Below are positions 1-6,447 of a stretch of DNA of 32,000 bases, piece after piece. Below the pieces are notes generated by a model. It was not told where the DNA came from. It searched no databases and was given only the letters and a program-made list of their open reading frames with translations. The first letter of the stretch is position 1. The number at the start of each line of letters is the position of its first letter. A program made the position numbers and the translations under genes. The DNA is from an uncultured bacterium (lineage in GTDB: Bacteria; Margulisbacteria; WOR-1; CAVSGV01), in the NCBI GenBank assembly GCA_963699255.1, contig OY969425.1, positions 1,500,001 through 1,532,000 on the forward strand. The letters are read 5' to 3'.

Positions 1-309
1 CCCTTCCGCCATTGCTATCACGACTTCCTTGCTCACGGGGCTACCCTGCGCGATCGCGCTTGCCGGCACGCCCAGCTCCATGACCTTAATCCTGTTATGG
101 TAGCAGACGATCCCGCCGATAAAAAAATCGGAACTTCCCGGCTGGCTCGTAAGCTTGCTTGATATGAGCCCTCCCGAAAGGGATTCGGCCACAGCGACCG
201 TCTTTTTTGTCTTCTTCAGGAGCTCGGCCACTTCTATTTCCGTTGTTTTTCCTATGACGGAGAGGACCCTTGTAAAGAAATCCTCAAGCTTTACTTCCGA
301 TTCACCCAT
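1..309 (-). CDS. pncC: PncC / CinA C-terminal-domain nicotinamide-nucleotide amidohydrolase family protein (3' end outside window)
   Basis: My own minus-strand translation from the ATG at 309-307 gives MGESEVKLEDFF...KKTVAVAESLSGGLISSKLTSQPGSSDFFIGGIVCYHNRIKVMELGV. This fits the AES.TGG...PGSS...GG.V.Y.N..K signature of CinA-C/PncC. It overlaps the pgsA stop by 8 nt, the classic pgsA-cinA synteny. It is absent from the ORF track because it runs off the window. Confidence 0.8.
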   Translation of the reverse strand, partial: MGESEVKLEDFFTRVLSVIGKTTEIEVAELLKKTKKTVAVAESLSGGLISSKLTSQPGSSDFFIGGIVCYHNRIKVMELGVPASAIAQGSPVSKEVVIAMAEG

Positions 310-817
310 TTAGCGACTCCAAATTTTTAATGAAATATTCGATCCCTGAAACCACGGCCAGGATAACGCCGAGCCATAAGACCTGGTTCCCGTAGGGCAG
401 GTTCAGGATCAGCATCGCGACCGCCACATCCAACAGCGCTGTTTTGTATTTCCCAAGCCTGTCGGCAGCAATTATCTTGCCGGACGAACTCGCGGCGAGC
501 CGCAGTCCCGTAACCGCAAAATCCCTTACGATGATCACAATTACCGGTACGGACGACACCCATCTGATCTCCACCAGGCAAAGGAGAGCAGATATGACAA
601 GTATTTTATCTGCAAGAGGGTCCATGAATTTACCCATCACAGTTTCCTGCTTGAGCCTTCTTGCAAGGTAGCCATCTATCGCGTCGGAAACCGCTACAGC
701 GGCGAAGATCACTACAGCAATGATGCTACCATTGGGAATATTAGGCGAGAGCAGAACATAGACCAGGAGGGGGATAAATATTATTCTTAAAAAAGTTACC
801 GAATTCGGCAGGTTCAA
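302..817 (-). CDS. pgsA: CDP-diacylglycerol--glycerol-3-phosphate 3-phosphatidyltransferase
   Basis: 171 aa, multi-TM. The CDP-alcohol phosphatidyltransferase motif D..DG..AR...G...D...D is present as DAIDGYLARRLKQETVMGKFMDPLADK. TTG start overlaps the rimO stop (TTGA). Confidence 0.9.
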   Translation of the reverse strand: MNLPNSVTFLRIIFIPLLVYVLLSPNIPNGSIIAVVIFAAVAVSDAIDGYLARRLKQETVMGKFMDPLADKILVISALLCLVEIRWVSSVPVIVIIVRDFAVTGLRLAASSSGKIIAADRLGKYKTALLDVAVAMLILNLPYGNQVLWLGVILAVVSGIEYFIKNLESLNG

Positions 818-2136
818 GTAACCAGGATACCGGAAAGATCATACGGGCCTGACCCCGTGATTTTTACCGAAACTATCTTTCCGTTCGGAACACATTTATT
901 CAGCTTAACAACGCCGTCGATATCCGGCGCATCCATGTATGAGCGCCCGATACTTCCTTCTGCCAATACCTTGATAATTTTTCCTGCCATGTTCTTTAGA
1001 GACTTTGCAGAAATCTCGCGTTGCAAGCGCATTAACTTATGAAACCTTCGATCCTTTATCCGTTCGCCAATTTGATCCCCCATTTTGGCGGCGGGAGTAC
1101 CTGATTCCCTGCTGTACTTGAAAACCCCTAGTCTCTCAAACCTCTCTTCCCTGATAAATGCAAGTAATTTATTAAAATCGGAACCTGTTTCGCCTGGAAA
1201 ACCGACGATCACTGAAGTCCTTATCGCTATCCCCGGTATTTTCCTCCTTAGTTTTTTGATTACCCGTTTAAGTTGATCTGCGGATATCCTCCGCCTCATT
1301 AGCCGAAGAATCCTATCACAGGAATGCTGGATTGGCAAGTCCAGATATCGGCATATCTTGGGCTCTTTTGCCATCACTTCGATCAGCTCGTCCGTCACAT
1401 GGGCGGGATGCGCGTACATGATGCGGATCCACTTAAGACCCTTGATCCCGGCCAGTTTCCTGCATAATATATGTAAAGAGGGCTTTCCATAGATATCCGT
1501 GCCGTACATTGTCGTGTCCTGGGCGACCAGAATGGCCTCCTTCAATCCCTTTTTAACAAGGGCTTTGACCTCGCTGACTATCGATGGCATCGGGCGGCTC
1601 TGGTACTTTCCCCTCAGGCTGGGAACGATGCAGTAGGAGCAACGATTATTGCAGCCGTCGGCTATCTTAATATATGCGTAATATTTGGGGGTTGCTTTAA
1701 GCCTTGGCGTTTTATGGGTGAAAAGGCAGTGAGTTCCCTCAAGGAGCGAAACTCGGAACCTGCGACTAAACGTCGCGGTTCCGGAAGATAGTTTTTTGGA
1801 GCCGCGGCGTTCAGCCGCAGGCTCAGCACATCGGAGCTCGTTTAGTACATGGACTATCCTATCGATCTGGCCAGGGCCGACAATGGCGTCAACTTCCTCG
1901 AATTTATCGAACAGGTCGTTTTTGTCCCTTTTTGGGAGGCATCCGGCGACCACCAGGAACTTCAGCTTCGATGCCTTGGAACCTGCGACTGAAGTCGCGG
2001 TTCCATTTTTAAGTTTACACATTTCACCTATGATCTTATAAGCTTCGTCTCTTGCCTCGCCGATGAAAGCGCAGGTGTTGACGATCATTATTTCGGCTTC
2101 GCTCTGATCGTTGGTTATCTCATAGCCCGAAATCAA
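814..2136 (-). CDS. rimO: Ribosomal protein S12 methylthiotransferase RimO (MiaB-family radical SAM); the N-terminal 24 codons lie in another frame at 2209-2138
   Basis: NTCAFI and VAGCLP UPF0004 cysteines, radical SAM CNNRCSYC, C-terminal TRAM-like domain. The expected N-terminus MKVGVISLGCPKNLTDTEAILGLL is encoded from the ATG at 2209 in a different frame (see finding). Two in-frame palindromic insertions are present. Confidence 0.85.
   Translation of the reverse strand: MISGYEITNDQSEAEIMIVNTCAFIGEARDEAYKIIGEMCKLKNGTATSVAGSKASKLKFLVVAGCLPKRDKNDLFDKFEEVDAIVGPGQIDRIVHVLNELRCAEPAAERRGSKKLSSGTATFSRRFRVSLLEGTHCLFTHKTPRLKATPKYYAYIKIADGCNNRCSYCIVPSLRGKYQSRPMPSIVSEVKALVKKGLKEAILVAQDTTMYGTDIYGKPSLHILCRKLAGIKGLKWIRIMYAHPAHVTDELIEVMAKEPKICRYLDLPIQHSCDRILRLMRRRISADQLKRVIKKLRRKIPGIAIRTSVIVGFPGETGSDFNKLLAFIREERFERLGVFKYSRESGTPAAKMGDQIGERIKDRRFHKLMRLQREISAKSLKNMAGKIIKVLAEGSIGRSYMDAPDIDGVVKLNKCVPNGKIVSVKITGSGPYDLSGILVT
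1754..1783. repeat. GC-rich palindromic element, copy 1 (CGGAACCTGCGAC-taaac-GTCGCGGTTCCG), inside the rimO coding sequence
   Basis: Read directly from the sequence. Stem of 7+5 bp with a one-base bulge. Translated in frame as SGTATFSRRFRV. Confidence 0.8.
1978..2004. repeat. GC-rich palindromic element, copy 2 (GGAACCTGCGAC-tgaa-GTCGCGGTTCC), inside the rimO coding sequence
   Basis: Same arms as copy 1 with a different loop length. Translated in frame as GTATSVAGS. Confidence 0.8.
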
Positions 2137-2229
2137 TAAGAAGCCCTAAGATCGCTTCTGTGTCAGTGAGATTTTTTGGACAGCCAAGGCTGATAACTCC
2201 AACTTTCATATATTATGATTATAGATTAC

Positions 2230-2362
2230 TTAGGGATAAGGGGAAATAGGAATATTGGGATAGGGGGATATAGTTTGGGAATATTGGAATAATGGAAATC
2301 AGGAACTACCCAAACTCCATATCCCTCATTTCCTAAACCTTATCCCTGTATTCCTTATTCCC
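2230..2362. repeat. Long imperfect dyad of simple words: a C-free GGGA/GGAA-word arm followed by a G-free arm
   Basis: 2230-2299 contains no C and 2304-2347 contains no G. gggggatatagtttggg (2262-2278) is complementary to cccaaactccatatccctc (2309-2327), and gggataa (2233-2239) to ttatccc (2340-2346). It lies downstream of the MgtE-N/CBS gene and upstream of rimO. Confidence 0.7.
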
Positions 2363-2386
2363 GTTTTTCCAAATATATAACGGATG

Positions 2387-3634
2387 TTAGATGAATCGAT
2401 GTTTCAAATTCATTATGTCCTTATAGGGGATGACGCCGAGCAGTTTATCCTCTTTGTTCGTTACCGGAATGGCCCTGAAGCCGTACCTGGAGAACAATGC
2501 GAAAGCGTCTTTGATCGTGCTTTTAGGATCGAGCGACACCACCTCTTTTATCATTATGTCTTTCAGGAGCATTTCGTCGCTCGCGAGCAGGAGTTCTTTC
2601 ACATCAATGACGCCGAGAAGCTTATCGTGTTCATCGACGATATAAAGGTACATGACAACGTTCTTTCCCTTGGCCACGCGGTGGTATTCCTCTTCGGCCT
2701 GTTTGTCTGTCACGTCAGGCCCGAATTTCAGGACGTTCACTGTCGCGTAGTTAAGGATGTTCTCTTCCTGCTTGTCGATTATGGATCTTATCTTGGCCGC
2801 TTTATCATCGGACAGGAACTTCAGGATGCTGTCGGCCTCGTTCCATGGGAGCACGGAGAGAACGTCCGCGGCCTGCGCGGGGGTCATGTCATCTATGAGC
2901 TTCGCCACTTTTTCTTTTTCGAGCGACGATATCAGCTGTCTCTGAACGCTCGGATCTATCTCTTCCAGCGTATCGGAAGCCCTCCTGGCGTCAAGACCGC
3001 CAAAGACCCTGGTCCTCTGGTCCGGGTCCATCTCCTCAAGGATATCGGCCAGGTCGACCGGGTGTACGTCCGACAGTTTTTCCTTCAGGATATTAAGCTT
3101 TATATCCCCGCTGAAACTGCTTATCGTGGTCGGGATCGACTGGATATATGACCAGGAGATGGTCTGTTCTTTGATCCTTTCGGCCAGGGAATAAATGAAA
3201 TTGGCGAGCCAGCTCAGCTTTATCCTCCTGAGCAGGCCGTATCTGCTCAGGTCCACGTCCGTAACGTACATTTTGTCGTGATTGAGGGTCAGCTTAATAT
3301 CGTAAACGACCTCAACTTCCTTGTCGTCCGTATCAAGGACCTTTTTATCGAGTATGTGGTCCCGCAGCAGCACATCTTCATCCTTCGGCTCACCCTCATA
3401 TTTTTCTTCCGATTCGATATCGATGACGATCTCCTTTGATGTAAAAGACCTCACTTTTTGCCACGGGACTATGAGCGTGGGATACCCGAAAGGCCTGGAG
3501 ATCAAAAGCCTGGATACTTCTGCCAGCTTTCCGCGCTCAACGATGAACATGTCCGCCAGGGCGCCTATTTTTTTCTCACGATTGAAAACCTTTTTTTTGT
3601 ATATCTGACTCAAAAAGAACGAAGCGTTTTCCAT
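2387..3634 (-). CDS. Soluble PRC-barrel-like / MgtE-N / tandem-CBS protein (MgtE cytoplasmic sensor module without the MgtE membrane domain)
   Basis: MgtE_N-type helical repeats (DLADILEEMDPDQRTRVFGGLD...AADVLSVLP) are followed by a CBS pair (VMYLYIVDEHDKLLGVIDVKELL, FRAIPVTNKEDKLLGVIPYKDIM). There is no TM segment. I prefer the ATG at 3634, which is preceded by AAGGAGAAAT, over the longer 3688 start in the track. Confidence 0.8.
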   Translation of the reverse strand: MENASFFLSQIYKKKVFNREKKIGALADMFIVERGKLAEVSRLLISRPFGYPTLIVPWQKVRSFTSKEIVIDIESEEKYEGEPKDEDVLLRDHILDKKVLDTDDKEVEVVYDIKLTLNHDKMYVTDVDLSRYGLLRRIKLSWLANFIYSLAERIKEQTISWSYIQSIPTTISSFSGDIKLNILKEKLSDVHPVDLADILEEMDPDQRTRVFGGLDARRASDTLEEIDPSVQRQLISSLEKEKVAKLIDDMTPAQAADVLSVLPWNEADSILKFLSDDKAAKIRSIIDKQEENILNYATVNVLKFGPDVTDKQAEEEYHRVAKGKNVVMYLYIVDEHDKLLGVIDVKELLLASDEMLLKDIMIKEVVSLDPKSTIKDAFALFSRYGFRAIPVTNKEDKLLGVIPYKDIMNLKHRFI

Positions 3635-3644
3635 ATTTCTCCTT

Positions 3645-3857
3645 TTATCTGACCAGAGTGTAGAACTTATAGAAAAGAATGGCAACAAGGAACAGCAGAT
3701 ACAGCCTCAGGAACAAAAGGCATATGCCTGTCAGCAGGTTCATCTTTATGCGGGGCTTTTCGTATTTCCTGTTCACCTCGATTATTTTCGAGAACCTTCT
3801 TGCCAGGAACCTTTTTATCCTTTTTAGCAGCGCTTTTATAGTGTTAATTATTATCAT
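3645..3857 (-). CDS. Small membrane protein (basic amphipathic N-terminus plus one C-terminal TM helix), function unknown
   Basis: 70 aa. It fills the gap exactly, 10 nt after the NRAMP-fold gene stop and 10 nt before the next gene's start, which suggests translational coupling. The hydrophobic stretch is LLTGICLLFLRLYLLFLVAILFY. I recognise no family. Confidence 0.55.
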   Translation of the reverse strand: MIIINTIKALLKRIKRFLARRFSKIIEVNRKYEKPRIKMNLLTGICLLFLRLYLLFLVAILFYKFYTLVR

Positions 3858-3867
3858 TGACCCCGCC

Positions 3868-5136
3868 TTACTTGAACATTCCCGGGAATAGAGTGCTTAT
3901 CCCGTACATTGTCGACAGGACGATTATCACCGTGACGATGGAGAAATTTGCGATGTTCTGCCACAGAGTATTCTTATATTTACCCATCAGTTCCTCGTTA
4001 TTCAAGAGCAGTATCAGGAACATCAGCGCCGCGGGAAGGAGCGTAACGGCTATGACCTGTACGAACAAAGTGATCAGGACGAGCGGAGCTCCCGGAATAA
4101 GGGTCACCAGCCCGGCGGTCAATATCGTTAATATATAACACGCGTAGAACCACGGCGCTTCTTTTATCCTCTTATTCAGCGAGTGCGCCCATCCGAACAC
4201 TTCGCCGAAGGCCCAGGATGAAGCAAGCGATATGCAAATGGCGCCGAGGAATCCGGCGTCAAAAAGGCCTATCGCGAGGAACGTTCCGAGGTACTGATTT
4301 ATCACCATCAGCTTTTCCGCCGCCTGCGCCGCGCTGGTGATGTTCACGCCGAACAACAGAGTGCCGGTGACTATCACCACAAATACCGCTACTATCACGG
4401 TAAAGGCGGAACCTATTGCGGTGTCGAACTGCCCCCAGGGGATATCCTTTTCCTGCATGCCTTTATCCACGACGGCGCTCTGCTGGAAGAAGACCATCCA
4501 CGGGGCGATGGTCGTCCCGACATTGGCCATCAGGTAGAAGAAGAGATTATTATTGAAACCGCCGGGGAAGTGCGGGACCATTCCGTTCCTGAAGATGTCG
4601 GGGATGGAGGGATGGACCATGAAAGCGCAGGGTATGTATACTAGATTGAAAGCGCAGAAAACAAAAGCGATCTTCTCCCATGTCCAGTATCTTCCCTGCA
4701 CCACCATTACTGTCATGATAAAGCAGACCGCCAGAATTGTAACGATGGGAGGAATATGGAATATGCTCATGGCCGCCGTCATACCTATGAATTCGGTGAT
4801 AAGCGTAAGCCAGTCTACGAGCACAAGATCAAGCAGGGAGAACCATCCCCAGAAGGAGCCGAAAGCGTCAAAGATCGCCTCCGCATGGCCGCGCTTCGTC
4901 ACGGCCCCGAGCCTTACCGTCATTTCCTGGACGAAATATGCAACGGGTCCCAGCAAGACCAGGAACCATATCAGTCCGTACTTGAATTGCGCGCCGGTCG
5001 CGGCGTATGTGGTGATGCCTCCTGCGTCATTGTCGGCAAGCATGCAGATTATCCCGGGGCCTGAAATTATGAGGAATAACTGGATGGATTTTGCCATTCT
5101 GCGATACTTGTAAAATAACTGCGCTAATAAATTCAT
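3868..5136 (-). CDS. NRAMP-fold divalent cation transporter, NRMT-like (Mg-type) subtype
   Basis: 422 aa, about 11 TM segments, NRAMP architecture. TM1 reads ADNDAGG where canonical NRAMP has DPGN. TM6 reads GTTIAPW where canonical has GA.(I/V)MPH. So Asn->Gly, Ala->Thr, Met->Ala and His->Trp. The true start could be the internal MAKSIQ. Confidence 0.8.
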   Translation of the reverse strand: MNLLAQLFYKYRRMAKSIQLFLIISGPGIICMLADNDAGGITTYAATGAQFKYGLIWFLVLLGPVAYFVQEMTVRLGAVTKRGHAEAIFDAFGSFWGWFSLLDLVLVDWLTLITEFIGMTAAMSIFHIPPIVTILAVCFIMTVMVVQGRYWTWEKIAFVFCAFNLVYIPCAFMVHPSIPDIFRNGMVPHFPGGFNNNLFFYLMANVGTTIAPWMVFFQQSAVVDKGMQEKDIPWGQFDTAIGSAFTVIVAVFVVIVTGTLLFGVNITSAAQAAEKLMVINQYLGTFLAIGLFDAGFLGAICISLASSWAFGEVFGWAHSLNKRIKEAPWFYACYILTILTAGLVTLIPGAPLVLITLFVQVIAVTLLPAALMFLILLLNNEELMGKYKNTLWQNIANFSIVTVIIVLSTMYGISTLFPGMFK

Positions 5137-5274
5137 TGGTGAACCGGAAGGCCTTTCTAATATTTTATGTAATTATATACCATGCCATATGGTATCGGAA
5201 GAAATATTTCTGAAGAAGGGGAGAGATCAGAGATTAGAGATGTGCGAGATGAGAAACACGAAACAGGATAGGTG

Positions 5275-6357
5275 TTACTTTACGATCATTTTTATTGTTC
5301 CGACGTTGTTGTCGCCGATTTCCATGGTGCAAAAATACATTCCGGCTGGAGCTTTGGAATTATTATATGTTCCATCCCAAACATAAGTATTTTCACCTTT
5401 TATCGCATTGTTAATGCTGACATTTTTCACAAGTTGTCCGAAGCTGTTATAGAATTTCAAGATAACTTGTTTTCCGTTATCGGGGACTTCAAAAGAAATG
5501 GTTGTCTTATCAGAAAAAGGATTTGGATAGTTATATGGTTTGTTCACCGGGCTCTCTGTGGTTGAAGGCACGGAACTACCCGGGGAATAAGGCGTGTATT
5601 TTATCCAGTCATATTCTACTGTTATAGGTTTTGTGTAATTAAAAGTGCCAAGCCATGCGTCCTCGCCTATGCCCGGCCATAAATTTGCCATGATCCTGCC
5701 GGGCGTTACCGGCAGAGCGCCTCGCGATCCGTCTTCGCTGTTTACGCTTATTCCGTCCACAGACCAGATGATCATGTCCGGCCGCCATTCGATTTTGTAA
5801 GTATGGAAATTTTTTGAAGGGTCAAATCCAAGCTGAATTATTTTTTCATGACCTCCTGTGCCGTTTGTGAAGTAGTTTGTCTGCAAATTTCCCTTTACAA
5901 ATTCTATATCAATTTCATCCCAGGGGTTGCCATCCGACGGGCCAGTATAAAAGAACAGGGAACCCCCTACAATGCCGTCTGCCACTGCTGCCTGGATGCT
6001 TGCTTCAAGCGTGCCGTAGCCGTAGAAAGCATTGGTTCTGTATTCGCCAGAAGTGTAAGGCTTGCCGGATGAGGGGGTATTATCCAAAGTCAGGATCATG
6101 TCGCTGTTTTGAAAGGTCACATTATCCGCTTTCCATCCGCAGTTGAATGGATCTCCATTGGTCCATCCGTCCGATTTAGACCAAAGCGAGGTATTAAAAT
6201 AATCCATATCGTCCTTAAAGGCAGTACCTGATTGGGAGGGAGACTCATTAATAGCGGAAGTCTTTTGCTTGTTTTGAGTTTTTGGTTCTTCAGAACCACG
6301 ACCCATCGAATGCCTGGTTGACGGTTGCGACGGGGTATATCCAAGCAGCGGATCCAT
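5275..6357 (-). CDS. Glycoside hydrolase family 16 beta-glucanase with a C-terminal T9SS/FlgD-Ig-like sorting-type domain
   Basis: The GH16 catalytic motif E.D.E is present as WDEIDIEFV, with a lichenase/laminarinase-like beta-jelly-roll sequence. The C-terminal ~80 aa (LKFYNSFGQLV...GMYFCTMEIGDNNVGTIKMIVK) resembles a T9SS C-terminal domain. A strong SD (AAGGAGG) lies upstream of the ATG at 6357. Confidence 0.8.
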   Translation of the reverse strand: MDPLLGYTPSQPSTRHSMGRGSEEPKTQNKQKTSAINESPSQSGTAFKDDMDYFNTSLWSKSDGWTNGDPFNCGWKADNVTFQNSDMILTLDNTPSSGKPYTSGEYRTNAFYGYGTLEASIQAAVADGIVGGSLFFYTGPSDGNPWDEIDIEFVKGNLQTNYFTNGTGGHEKIIQLGFDPSKNFHTYKIEWRPDMIIWSVDGISVNSEDGSRGALPVTPGRIMANLWPGIGEDAWLGTFNYTKPITVEYDWIKYTPYSPGSSVPSTTESPVNKPYNYPNPFSDKTTISFEVPDNGKQVILKFYNSFGQLVKNVSINNAIKGENTYVWDGTYNNSKAPAGMYFCTMEIGDNNVGTIKMIVK

Positions 6358-6447
6358 TATGATTTCCTCCTTGAAATATATCGTAGATAATGGCCGGAAA
6401 TTTCAATAAAAGAGATCAAAAAAGAAGGCGCAAAAAGAGAAGTTTAC

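Noticed and set aside
2384-3151. 255-aa ORF on the plus strand, antisense to the MgtE-N/CBS gene
   Set aside because: It lies entirely within a well-supported minus-strand gene. The sequence is low in complexity, rich in F/V/H/R, and has no motifs. It is a typical shadow ORF.
5137-5274. Expected an M-box (Mg) or other metal riboswitch upstream of the NRAMP-fold operon
   Set aside because: The interval is only 138 nt and is largely occupied by the gaga-word repeat and short palindromes (ATACCAT..ATGGTAT, GAAATATTTC). I could not recognise M-box conserved segments. An Infernal scan would be needed to be sure.
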